This document shows positions 1 through 12,798 of a stretch of DNA of 64,000 nucleotides, piece after piece; position 1 is the stretch's first letter; the number at the start of each line of letters is the position of its first letter. The notes beneath the pieces were generated by a model. The model was not told the origin of the DNA and searched no databases. It saw only the letters and a list, made by a program, of their open reading frames with translations. The position numbers and the translations under genes were made by a program. The stretch is taken from the NCBI RefSeq assembly GCF_009914755.1, contig NC_060925.1. One strand, 5' to 3'. This DNA comes from the human T2T-CHM13v2.0 reference genome, Homo sapiens.

Positions 1-1635
1 TAAAAGAAAATGTGTAAGAAAGGAAGATACACTAGAAGGGTGGGAAAATAGGCTAGCAGTCAATTGACAATATCCACCACAAGGATTTTCTATTTTTGCC
101 TGTAATATGACCAACTATATATGCAATATGATAAAATAGAAATTGATATGGTATGTTCTAAAAGTGTGCAAAGTAAAGATCCTCAGTTTGGGGAGGTTTC
201 TTGGAAGAGACGAACCATAACTGGATCATGAAGGATGAGTAAAAATAAACGAAGTGAGTTAAACTAAGTATGGAAAGTCATTCCAGAGAGAGAAAACAGA
301 AAAGATGTAGAACAGCGTGATGCTTATAATCTATCAACAGAAAATAGGTAATAGATGGTAGAGGTGAGGTAGGGGAGGAACATACCCAAGTTGGGAAAGT
401 TTCATGTATTTTGTTAAGGAGGTTGAGCTGATTCCGTATGTAATGGAGAACCACCAGAGGTCTCTTCATGCAGAGTAAGAAAGTCAGATCAGCATTTTAT
501 AGGTCATTCTGGCACTAGTGAGAGAAAGAGATTAAATGGTGGATGGGAGGAGACAACTAGAGGGAAAGATACCTATTATACTCTAGTAGTCTTCTATGTT
601 AGACACTATGAGTGTTTAAAATAGGGCATTTTGTATATATGCTAACACTTAGAGCACATTTTATTTGGATTATATGCATATTTTTCCTCCCCTAATGAAT
701 TGTATAATTCTTATGGACTCAAGTAGATCATCTAAAACATTTTGTCTTTAGGATTTGCAGAGTGATTGGGACATGCTAATCTCAGCACTTAATCAGATAG
801 ACTTGAATTTAAGATTATTAGAAGAATGTATTCACCAACACTATATGAAATATGGAATTAAGGCAGTGATAATTTTGATTCTAACAATATAATTTTTTTT
901 CTCCAACAAAATCCCTAGTGGAAAATGAAAAAAAAATTGTTAAATTACACAGAATTATTACAATTCTGTTTTGAAAGAGGACATTAGTGAAAGTAATTAG
1001 TGTAATTTAATAGAGTAATATGTTATCTCATTTTATTCATATTTTTCTAGTAACGATTTAAAATATTATGTGGTCTTTCCATGTCTGAGATTATCTGAAT
1101 GGCTGTGTCATGATTCATGCTCTGCCCTGCAGCGAATAATGTAATCTCTGCTCTGTTATTACCTAACTTGAAAATTTAAGATAATAATTTTCCTTCTTTT
1201 CCATTATAGGAAACACTGAAGGTTTCCTATCATCAACTACTTATTATGTAATGCTTGAATTTTCTTAACTGAAATGGAAACCTATATAACTACAAAACAT
1301 TCTTGTTATATCATAGTATCAATAAATGCATTTAGCTAGTATATTGAAAGTGATTGTTGTAATTGGTCCTTTTTGAAAAGAAAAATCTGGTCATTTCTAA
1401 AAGGATGTTATCGCCCGTCTTCTTAGTGAAGAAAACAAAATGAAGCGGACACATTGCTAGGGTTTTAAGAAGGAACTATAAAAACTGACAGAATGTAGAT
1501 GAAGACAGATGGTTGAAAAGTAAATGGTAATAACCCAAGGTAAAAAGTACAGCAGAACAGTCATATTCCTTAGAATATTGTCCTTTATCTGGCCCCATAA
1601 CAATTTGAAAACTTGGTTCGGAAAGATTTGTTTAT

Positions 1636-3096
1636 ATCATAGTTCTATTTTTAATTTTTGAGGAAACTTCCTAGTGTTTTTGATAATGTCTGTACTAATT
1701 TACATTTCCACCAGCAGTGTATAGATGTTTGTTTTTCTCTGTATTCTTGCCAGCATTATTTATTTGTTTATTTATTTATTTATTTTAGCCTTTTTGATAA
1801 CAGCCATTCTAACTCAGTTGAGGAGATAACTCATTATGGTTTTGATTTGTATTTCTCTAATGATTAGTGATGTTGAACTTTTTTATTGATCTGTTGGCCA
1901 TTTGTATGTCTTCTGTGAGTGTCTATTCAGGTTTTTTGCTCATTTTTAATCAAATTATTCTTTTGGTATTTAGTTGTTTGAGTTCCTTATATACTCTGGA
2001 TATTAATCCCTCCTCAGATGCATAGTGTGCAACTAATTTCTCTTCACCTTATTAATTGTGTGTTGTGCAGGGGCTTTTTAGTTTGATGTAATACCGTTTG
2101 TCTACTCTGTTTTGTTGTCTGTGCTTTTGAGATCTTACTAAAAAAATTCTTGCCCAGACAAATATCAAGCTTTTTCCTATGTTTACTTCTAGTAGCTTTA
2201 CAGTTTTGAGTCTTGCACTTATTTCTTTAATCCATTTAGAGTTGATTTTTATACACGGTGAGAGAGAGGGGTCTAGTGTCATTTTCTGCATGTGAATATC
2301 CAGTTTTCCCAGAACCATTTATTAAAGAGATTCTCCTTTCCCCAGTGTGTATTCTTGACACCTTTGTTAAAAATCAGTTGGCTGTAAATGTATGGATATA
2401 TTTTCAGGGCCTATATTTTGTTCATTGGTCTATGTGAAATCAGTGTACCAAAGAGACATCTGCTTACTCATGTTTATTGCAGTGCTATTCACAATAGCCA
2501 AGATATGGAATCGACCAAAATGCCCATCTACAGATGAATCAATAAAAAGTATATATATATATATATAAAATAGAATACTATTCATCCATGAAACAGAATG
2601 AAATGCTGTCATTTGCAACAACTTGGATACTTGGATGTACCTGGAGGACATCATATTAAGTGAAATAAGTCAAGCAGAAAAAGACAAACACCACGTGATC
2701 TCAGTCTTATGTGGAATCTAAAAAAGGGGATTTCATAGAAATAGAGAGTAGAATAGTGGTTACCAGAGCCTGGGGAGGGTGGGAAAGGCAGAATTGAGAG
2801 AGGCCAATGAATGAGTACAATATTATAGTTAGACAGGAAGGATGTTTTGGGGTTTTATTACACAGTAAGTGACTATAGAAGATAACAACATAGCATATGT
2901 TTCAAGACTGCTAGAAGAGAAAATCTTAAATGTTATCACCACAAAGAAATAATAAATGTTTAAAGTGATGGATATGGTAACTATCCTGATTTGAGCATTA
3001 TACTATGTATACGTGCATTAAACCTTCACATTGTATCCCATAAATATGCATAATTATTATGTGTCAATTATACATTTTAAAAATTAAATTTAAAAA
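1636..3096 (+). mobile_element. Old 5'-truncated, 5'-inverted LINE-1 (L1MA4-L1MA8-like); inverted ORF2 piece 1636-2436, sense 3' piece 2435-3096
   Basis: Minus-strand ORF 2052-2318 resembles the L1 ORF2 C-terminus (LDPSLSPCIKINSKWIK). From 2435 the plus strand reads as L1 3' sequence (TGAAATCAGTGTACCAAAGAGACATCTG...TTCACAATAGCCAAGATATGG) and ends in an L1MA-type 3'UTR with an A-rich tail. Confidence 0.85.
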
Positions 3097-3667
3097 GCAC
3101 GTTATGACAATTTCATAAAATCTGTTTCCTAGGTCAACTTAAAATAATTTTATTGAATTTATAGGAACACCTTCAATTATATTTATTTTGCAGTTATGAG
3201 TTTATTTTAGTAATATATTATTTGAGCTTTTTATTTTGGAACTTAGAAAAGCTATTAAAGGATAAATTAATTGGAGTTCTTAATCTTTCAACATCCATGC
3301 TTAGCATGGTAACCTACAGTTAATGATTCTGTAGGTAGCATCAATTTTTAAGTAACATGACAAAGAATATCTCTATAAACCAATGAATTCTGTCTTGGAG
3401 TTATTTTTTCCTTCCTGTCTTTCTGACATACCTGAGTTGGACATCCACTAAGGATCTTTCATCCCTTTCCTGGGACCATCACAAGCTAGAATCTGCAGGA
3501 AACATTGTAAAGTGTGCTATAAATAAAATCAGAAAGCTTATGTTTGAATTTTATATTTATCAATTAATATCACCTCTACATTGTAGATAAATTGTTAACA
3601 TTTTTTGAGAGTTGACACCCTTACATGTAGGGGATAACAATTGCTTTAAGATTTTTGAGTAGGATGA

Positions 3668-3927
3668 TAATAATAATCATATCAATAATATATACCATTA
3701 GTGAGCTCTTACCATGTCCCTGTCACTGTGGTAAATATACATACTGTCTTATTTAAACCCCCACAATTATATGTGTTTGGTGTCATTTTTACATGCATGC
3801 TGTAGATGAAAGAACTGACACTCAGAAGTTATTTAAATTGTTCCAAGTCACAGATCTAATAAGCATTAGACATATAAATCTAACCTGGACTATTTGACTT
3901 CAAAGTCCATGCTTACAGCCACCACAC
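3668..3927 (-). mobile_element. MIR SINE, degenerate
   Basis: MIR core-like text 'GTAGATGAAAGAACTGACACTCAGAAGTTATTTAAATTGTTCCAAGTCACAGATCTAATAAG...CTATTTGACTTCAAAGTCCATGCT'. Confidence 0.7.
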
Positions 3928-4559
3928 TTTATGTAAAGAAAACCCATTGTATAAAAGTGTGAGATCTTTATGGACATTGACCTACAACAGCTGAGGAGTC
4001 CTTTAGCTTGACGTATATAAAATGTATGCCCTAAACTTTCTCTTATAGTTTTTCTCTATTAGTAATTAAAACCTTGTTTCAAATCTTGTCCCAAATTTAG
4101 AGATGTTTTATCTGCAACTTGTAGGGTCACAAATGGCTAATCCAATAAACTGATTGAGGGATAAAAAAGAAAGTCAGAAGCGAAATAAATCTTGCATCAC
4201 CATGTAGCACATTTTAAACCACAGTCCTAATAAGAAAGTGCCCCCATTTTGGTCAGTGAGATCATTGTTAGACATTCTAGGTAAAACAGAAATGAAACTA
4301 GCATCGTCTGATACTGCTGAAGGAGATACTTTGAGACAATCATAGACTAGTGATGCTATTTAAATTATACTCTTTGGATAAATACTGGGGAAATTATATA
4401 TTAACAACTATTGCAAGGGATACAAATATCTGTATCTGTAAATGAATTTCTACATTACATAGCTTCAATAATTTTGAAGCTCTTAGTCAAGGGGAGAGAG
4501 AGAAAAAAGGGATATATTTACAGAAATTTGGAGGATGGAGAGCAATAGGATGTAATGAG

Positions 4560-4940
4560 AGCACAATGGAGGGATAAATTATCAGGGAAATATTTTGCCA
4601 GAGATGACATTTGAGTTAAACTTTGCTGAATAAGGAGGGTTTAATCAAGATACTATGGACATTCTGCACACTTGCATGTGCAAAGCTTTTACAAGATATA
4701 CAGTGCCTCGGAAAATGAAAAACTCGGGATGGCTGCCAAGGAAGGTTGCCAGTATTATTTAGGTTCATATTTTCTGCATCCCTTGAAAATAAATGTAAAC
4801 AGAAATGGTAAAAATATGAGGTTCACATCAGACTATATACGCCCTGTATATTGTCATTAAAAAATGGGACTTCATCTTAATATTAAGTAATAATACTGAT
4901 ATTCTCAATTTGCAGTTTATAAAGATGACCCTACCACAAG
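4560..4940 (+). mobile_element. L2 LINE fragment, very degenerate
   Basis: L2-like 'AGAGATGACATTTGAGTTAAACTTTGCTGAATAAGGAGG'. Boundaries approximate. Confidence 0.4.
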
Positions 4941-5019
4941 TTTGGATGATTACAAAAAAAATTGCAAAACAAGACACAAGGTAAATTGTTTGTGTGCTAA
5001 TTTATTAAGAGTAATTTGT

Positions 5020-5200
5020 CAGATACTTAATAAGTAAATTATAATAGACACTGCATTAAATCTTCATAATACATTTTAAAGTAGTGAGTTTCTCATTTTT
5101 ATAGATTAAAAAAAAAACTGAGACCCAGCAAGGTTAGTTAAGAAACCTGTGGTCAAGTAATGGTGGGTTCAGGAATCACATACAACTTTCTTAACACCAA
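5020..5200 (-). mobile_element. MIR SINE fragment
   Basis: 'CTCATTTTTATAGATTAAAAAAAAAACTGAGACCCAGCAAGGTTAGTTAAG' resembles the MIR core. Confidence 0.55.
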
Positions 5201-5999
5201 TCTTTTATTCTTTATCTCTTAGTAAATGCAATAACCCAGGACTTAATAAATGAATAAACTACCCCAGGGAGAGCAAAAAAGCAAACAAGGAATTTGAGAG
5301 ATATGAATAAAATGTGAGTACAATCTGGCAATTTTCTTTACACGTTGAATTGCATAGCCTGTAAAAGACTATTGCTTCAAGTAAAAATCAAACTCTATCT
5401 TCTAAAAATCTGTCAGATAACAAAATTGAATTACTTGAAAATACTTTTATCCCAGAAATAACTTTTGTAAATTTCTGCGTTTAAAAAACAAATGAAAGGC
5501 TTAAACCAATAAAGTGTAACTGAACATAAAAGAAAAACTCAAACATAAATTGAATAGTTAGGTCGGAAATGTCATTAATCAATATGAAGTGTCCTCTGGA
5601 AAAGATGTTAATAATGGCTAATAAAAATTATTGCCAAGCACTTCTAAATATAAAACTCATGCAAAATTATTAACAATGACCATCACTGCAATTATATTTT
5701 TTATGCAATATATGCATAATGAGAATATGCAAAAGCACTTCTCATATAAAAAAGTTCACAGAATTATAAAGACATTAATGCTGACAACATACTGAAAAGA
5801 CAGCAAATATTGAATATTTACAATGAATAATAGAATGATCCAAACTCATGTACAATTTTATGAAATTAGAATAATAGCTTCTCCTTTTATTCTTCCTATA
5901 TGTTAATCAACTTATATAATGTCTTGAATAACAGGAAATATCCTTCTTAAAATATCGGCATAAAAAGAATCTAGTCTTTTTTTCCTCAAATTTGTCTTT

Positions 6000-7400
6000 T
6001 TATTCTCTCAAATTTATTGTGTAAAGATTCAAAGATATAGGCAAACACATCACTAGAGCAATACACCTCCACATACCACCTCTTTATTAGATAATTATTA
6101 AAATATTTTGCTATCTTTTTCTGTATGTATCTATATTAACCAATCAATCAATCTATCTGCTATCTTTGCTGATCCATTTAAATGTAGTTGTGGACATCAA
6201 AATCTTCTACACTTCAATAGTCTAGGAAACATCTTTCCAAAATAAGAACATTCTTTAACATAACCACCCTTTTATTATCAGGCATACAAAAATAAAGTTT
6301 CCTGGTGTAATGGACATTCAATTTTCTATAACTTTCTCAATACTGCCACTTAAAATATGGGTTTAAATCAGGACTGAGTCAGATTTTATTCATTGTAGTC
6401 AACTGTTTTCCCCTAAACTTTAATTATGACTATTTTGAAAAAAAAAATAAAGCTAACAAGGATAAAACACAACTGCATTCTATATATATCTTATTGTCTC
6501 CTCACAGTATCATTTAATTTGTTTATCTCTCTATTTCCTCTAAAAGAAATTATATCTAAAGCTTTAATTAAATTCAGGTTAAATATTTTTGGCAAGAGTG
6601 CCTCATCGTTAGTGCTATGTGCTTCATCAGTAAGCACATATGTTGGATTGGCTCGCTGTGATTGATGCTAATTTTGATAATTTGGGCACTGTATGAAGAT
6701 CCCAATGCCCATCCACTACATGATGTGTTAATGCTTTCTTCCTCAAAAGACAAGCAAATCCTTATTTTTCTACACCAATTTTCAGAAAAAAAAATGATAT
6801 GATAGTCGCAATGTTGTCAAATAATTTTAATCTTTTTATAAATATCATCACAGACTCAAATATTCTTGTTTATATAATATTTTATAATTACTTGCTGTTA
6901 TTTTTGTTTTACTGCTTACATTATCTCAAATGCAGCTGGTAGAAATCCTTCCCAACTGGGTCATGTACATTTTGTCACTTTTCTGTTTGTCTCTGGATAT
7001 TTCTTTGCTCTGGCGTAACAAGGTATCCTCGGCTTATTTTGCATTTTTCTTGATCTAGTTTTAAAATCAGCCATTTCTTCAATAAGGCATTTAATATATA
7101 ATATGCATTTTATGTAAGAAAAGATAAGCAGGAGTTTAATATATAAGTATCGCCTTATTCATGCAAAAATAAAAGCTGTGAAGAGACACAAAGCAGAAAC
7201 AACAAAAGTACCTATAGAATGATGCGGAAAATGTGGTAAAAAGTATAGGTATTGGAACAAAACTTTTCTGAGTATGTATCTTTATATAGTTTGTCTTTTG
7301 TATGATATATTTTATGTATATCCAAAGAATGATATTAACTAAGGAAAGAAAAGGAAAGCAAACCTAAAATGGAAAACAAATGAAATTAATGTAACTGTTA
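6000..7400. mobile_element. Ancient L1ME/L1MC-like 3' fragments
   Basis: Degenerate L1M 3'UTR-like phrases (e.g. 'AATAAGAACATTCTTTAACATAACCAC', 'AAAATCAGCCATTTCTTCAATAAG'). Subfamily and orientation uncertain. Confidence 0.4.
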
Positions 7401-7414
7401 TAAATTGGTAACGT

Positions 7415-7635
7415 ACTGTCTTAAAACATATCTGCAAGTTCTTTGATGATTCTCCCTTTAAAAGATGGAGTCTGATTACACTCCTCTTGAATATGGGCTA
7501 ATTTTGGTGGCTTTCTTGTAATAAATAGAACATGGAGGAATAGGCTAAATCATAAAAATTGGTACTGTTTCTGGTTGTTTCTCTTTGTCCTGGGATATGC
7601 ACAATTGAGGCCTGGGTCGTCATATAAGAAGTTCA
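7415..7635 (+). mobile_element. MLT1 (MaLR) LTR fragment, MLT1F/G/H-like
   Basis: 'AAGTTCTTTGATGATTCTCCCTTTAAAAGATGGAGTCTGATTACACTCCTCTTGAATATGGGCT...AATAGAACATGGAGGAA' matches the MLT1 5' region. Confidence 0.6.
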
Positions 7636-10600
7636 CTTCCTTTGAATTTAATCATGGAACTTCCTCTTTCATTTTGTATTCCTAACATTTCCTGTGCCCT
7701 TACATGCTATGAGGTATTACATGAGACTCATATGCTATGTCAAACAAGTCTAAGATATGCAGACATGGACATTTTATTTCTTTATTTTGCTTAAAGATTT
7801 AATGACCTTACTATATTGACAAAAATTGATTGGATTAGCAATGATGATGTGTAAATAGAACCATTTATAGGCTAGATGCAAGAAGTCCTGTAGCCTATAA
7901 GGTGACCTGGTATAAGCATTTTTCCCATTAGAAAAAACTTTGTAAAATACTATCTTAAGAAATTTAGTTTAGATACACAAAAGGATCACAGAGAATGCAG
8001 AGACAAATTAAATAAAAGCTAAAAGTTAACGAAGAGGAAGTAAATAAAGAAGGATATTTAGAAAAATTCACAGGTAAGAGAAGTTGAGTCATTAAGTCAC
8101 TAGGGTAGTAAATATCAGGTGTCCATTTGAAAAAACAGACTGGGTAACTAGAGCCTCAGCTGAGTTAGTGAAATTACTGCTGAGAGACACTACAGTTGCT
8201 GTTAAATTCAAAATTGCAATGATATGCTTTGGTTGTTTGTGAGAATTGACTCTGACTCTTAATATACTTTTCTTTGTTTTCTCACATTTTTGTCTTTGTC
8301 TACTAATAACTCCTATCCCTGGAAATAACCGGCATATATCTTTGGGCCTTGTGAACTGAAAGACACTAACTAAAACAAACTCCTTAATACTCTATGCTTT
8401 TGTATATTTTCAGCTCTTGCAAGTGTCTTATGCTACTTGTCTCAGAACTGGAAATGTAATATAACTCTCCCTAACTTTGGCCCTCAAATAGAGGAGATAT
8501 TATATTTTCATTTTTTAATGAAATATTTATTGGGGAATTAATTATAGGCCAGGAGCTTTGCTCCAGGATGATATAATTCATGTCTAACAGGGGAAAAATC
8601 AAGTTGTTATAATAATAATATAACCTGTTATGTGCTATAGTAGATCATGATTTTAATGATGTGACAACAAAAAGGTAAATAACCCTTTTTAGTGAGTCAG
8701 GAGAGGGTAATAGAAGCTATAAATTTATGCTTGATCTAAAGCAAATATGTAGGAAATAGATATGCTCATGAGTAAGTGGTAACTTATCATGGAACTTTTA
8801 TTCTTTGTCAGAGGGATATTCAGAGTTAAGGGGTTGTGAAAGGAGTATAATATTTTTAAAAAATGGTGGAAAACCATATAGTGTATGCATTTTATGTAAA
8901 GAAAAAATAACACTAAGAAAAATAGAGATCTCAAGTTATTTTAATTTGACTGGATAGCAGCTTTGCTACAAAAAAAATCCTACCATTTTAGGTCATTTGT
9001 ACAATAAGAACTAGTTTGTGCAGTGCTTTGAATTACGTGTTACTCCATAGCTATGTATTGTTGCCGTGTTAAGTGTGTTTGTTTTGAATACTCTCTCTTA
9101 CGGCCTTTTATAGACTTAATTGATTTCAATTGACTATATTGGAGTAGTATGTTATTGGTTTTGATTTAAAAAAAACCCTCAAATAATAAAGAAAAACACT
9201 GATAAACATGAACTTTCATGCCTTGAGATTTTGGACAGATTCTAAAGAAAGTGACAGTGAAATGTTCTCACATGTTAAAAAAAAAAAAAGATCCTAGATT
9301 ATTTACACAGATTTTGATCACAAGTGGCCCTAAACTGCTTTTGAGACTTGCATTCCTGCATCTGCTTCCAGGTTATGGGTGGACAAAGATAATCATGAAG
9401 AAAGATTGGCCGTGAGAGTTTCTTTGGGAGTTTGGTTAGAAAACCATGAGTTTGAGGATCTGTAACCATTTTCCAACGCCCCAAACTGGCCTTTATCTAA
9501 AAGCAAATAGGAGAAGACGTGGTTCAAGAGAGTGACTCATAGTGTATAAAATATGTACCCTGAAATTTGGAAGAAAAATTACCCACAAAATTGGAACTGG
9601 ACCGTTGATAGAAACATTTGAACACGGACATGATTAGAACTGACTTTAATAGGAGAACAGAAAAAGAAAATTGAGATTCAAGAATTTGGCAGAATAATGC
9701 TATTTTCTCCTGGGCCAGACTGAATATTGTGGAAGATGTTTGGGCACGAATCATTTTGAAGGGATTTCAGGCCTGCCAGAGTAAGAGTTACGGGCTCTAA
9801 GGAGACGCAGAGAGAGGAGTCATAAGCAATCAGGTGGATAATTGTGCTAGAGAATAGTGCAGTGAAAAATTTTGATAGGTATCTCTGAAGAATCCAAAAA
9901 GTGTTGTTGAGAGTAAGATATTAAGTAGTTAAAATTAATATAAAGCCAGTAAACTTCACAGAAGAAGAGGTTGGTTGGCCTTGCCTTACTAGTTACCAAG
10001 AATGATAGATCTAAAGTAATTAAGGTAGTATCAAATGGAATGGAATAGAGCATAGAAATAGACTCATACATATTTAGAACATTTTATATCTGACAAAAGT
10101 TGCACAGTATATTGTTGGGAAGAGAACAGAATATTTAATAAATGGTGTTGGAAAAACTAGGTATTCACCGGAAGGAAAAAAGAGAAAATATTAGACTATA
10201 ACTACTTAAAATCAAAGAGCTTCAGGATTATAGAAATACGAAAGAAAAAACTGTAGAGCTCATAAAAGTAGGTTTGAGAAAGTCATGCTGAAACTATGGT
10301 AGTGAAGGTTTTCTTATACAAGAGTCAAAAGCACTAATCACAAAGAAATAATAGCTATGTTTTTAAAAATGTGTGTTTATTAAAGTATGCAATAAAATTT
10401 AAAAGAAATCACTAAATGGGAAAATATTCACAAGTAACCTACGAAGTTCCACAATATATTATAAATTCATACAAATTAATGAGAAAGACAAAATCTATTA
10501 ACAAATTATAGGATATTTTTACAAGTACTTGAATAGACAAAACTCAATTGGTCTACAAACATAGCAAATGTTATTCATACTCAGTGACCATTTAGGAAAA

Positions 10601-10909
10601 CATGTTAATAATCAGGAAAGTCCACACTGAAACTACGTAAGATATGATTACACATTCACTAGATCAACAAAAGTTTTTAAGAAGTATGATGGTACTGTGG
10701 TCAAGGACATGGCAAATGGGAATTCTTATACCATGATAGGAATATATAGTGTTAAAAGTATTTTGGAAAACTAGTTTGGCATTTTTTAGTAAAGCTGATA
10801 TAAACATATTATATGGTCTAGCAACTCCTTTCTTGGGTAAGGAAACTTTCACCATACACCAGAAGGCAGGTATAAGAAGTCATAGCCACTTTGTTCATAA
10901 TAGCCCTGC

Positions 10910-11398
10910 AACTCCAGAGGCAGAGGTAAGACACAGGACCAAATTGAGGACTTGTCAAACCTGGGTCTGGGATGGAAGGTCTGGGATGGAAGCACCCCCC
11001 ATTAGACACTCCCAGCAAGGTGCCATGTTTGTTTACCATTGCCGTGGAAAGGCCAAGAAATTACCACACCTTTCCATGTAATGACCTGACAACTTAGAAG
11101 TTACCATCCCTTTTCTAGAAATTTCTACATGGACTGCCTCTTGATTTGCATATAATTAAAAGTGGGTATAAATACAACTGCAGAGCTGCTTCTGAGGTGC
11201 TACATCCAGCACACTGCCTAAGAGGTTGCCTTGCTCTACAGGAGCAGTCACAGAGCTGTAACACTGCTGGAGCTGTAACACTACTACTTCTTGAGTAAAA
11301 TTCTTTTTACCACTGGCTCACTCTTGAGTTCTTCCCTGGGTGAAGCCAGGAACCCTCCCAAACTAAGCCCCAGTTTGGGGCTCACCTTTCCTGTGTCA
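10910..11398 (+). mobile_element. ERV1 solo LTR, MER66-like
   Basis: Matches remembered MER66 text (GGACCAAATTGAGGACT...TTTACCATTGCC...TTTGCATATAATTAAAAGTGGGTATAAATA...GGGTGAAGCCAGGAACCCTCCC...TGTCA). It ends in CA; the extreme 5' TG terminus is not evident. Confidence 0.75.
11144..11174 (+). promoter_or_regulatory. Octamer (ATTTGCAT) plus TATA box (TATAAATA) in the LTR U3
   Basis: ATTTGCAT at 11144-11151 and TATAAATA at 11167-11174. Activity is not demonstrated. Confidence 0.45.
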
Positions 11399-11904
11399 GT
11401 TCCAGACTATAAACAGTCACTAGTTGATCAATAGCAGAATGAAAATAAAACGGGCTATATTATTAATATGACAAAAAATCCAGCAATGCATATAACTGAA
11501 TAACTATTCCCAAAAGTATGGATGAATCTCATAAAAATAATGTAGAGAAAAATAAGCATAAAAATAACACATAGTCTGTGACATCATTTATGAAAAGTTC
11601 AAAAGTTAGCAAAGCTATATTTTAAAACACATTTAGAGGAATTAAGATATTTTTAAAAAATAAGTAAACAAAAAATAGATTAAAAGGAGGATAGTGGTTA
11701 CTATATGAGCAGAGAGGATGTATCAGACTAGGAGTAAACAGAGAACACTGGGCATTGCTTGTTTTTTTTTTTTATTTTGGTGGTGATTACAAGAGTAATC
11801 CCTTTAAAATTATTTTAAGTGCTGCATATATGTTTTATGTACTTTTATGCATGTGTATATTACAGTTAAAAATTTAAAAAAACTAGAGTATTAAGATACT
11901 TAGT

Positions 11905-12313
11905 GTTGCAGTGTGTTTAAGCAGCTTATCAAAATTCATCTCTTCCTCTTTCTGGATAAAACCTATGTTTACTTTCTCAGACTTGATTATGGTTAAGAAT
12001 GGATATTTAACAACATTCTAACCAATAGAATGTGGGTGGAAGTGATGTGTAGGACTCTAATGATTGGTACATAATTAATTCCCATCTGTGCTTCTTCATG
12101 CTTTTTTTCTCTTTCAGCTGACTGTAATAGAAACAGCACCCAGCAAGACCTTCAAATATACCAGGTGAAGTTGCAAAGCCAATAGCATCTTGAATGGTCC
12201 TGTATGATTGTGTGCATGATGGGCACCCTGCTTACCTGCCCATTTCTGGTCAGATAAGCAGGAAATCAGTTTCTACTGTGTTTAAATACCTTAAATCTGC
12301 TCTAACTAATACA
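11905..12313 (+). mobile_element. MLT1J/K-like MaLR LTR
   Basis: 'ACCAATAGAATGTGGGTGGAAGTGATGTGTA' and the MLT1 terminus 'CTAACTAATACA'. Confidence 0.65.
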
Positions 12314-12798
12314 CATAATATCTAAACATATTCAAAAAATTTGAAAAATGTATTTATAGATTTCATATTTGCCTAAAACTCTCTCTTAACATTTAATTTT
12401 CATAGCTTCTAAATTAATCACATTTTAAAATTTAAAGTAGATTTAGTGTCAACCTTCACTTTTAGAGATAGCTATACTTTTAGGATAAAAATTCATTACA
12501 TAATTTGTATGTTATTGTAATCCATTAGAAGTTTTTGGTTTTTGTTATTTTATTTATTTATTTATTTATTTATTTAATTTTACTTTAAGTTCTGGGATAC
12601 ATGTGCAGAACATGCAGGTTTGTTACACAGGTGTACATGTGCCATGGTGGTTTGCTGCACCCATCAACCCATCATCTAGGTTTTAAGCCTCACATGCATT
12701 AAGTATTTCTCTTAATGCTATCCTTCCCCTTGCCCCCCACCTCCTGACAGGCCCTGGTGTGTGATGTTCCCTTCCCTGTGTCCATGTGTTCTCATTGT

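Larger units (their letters stand above)
9860..11885 (+). mobile_element. Old L1M (L1MC/L1ME-like) ORF2 3' end and 3'UTR, interrupted by an LTR at ~10910-11398
   Basis: L1 motifs 'TTTAATAAATGGTGTTGGAAAAACTAG', 'TTGTTCATAATAGCCC' and 'ATGGATGAATCTCATAAAAATAATG', ending in an A-rich tail at ~11880. Confidence 0.7.
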
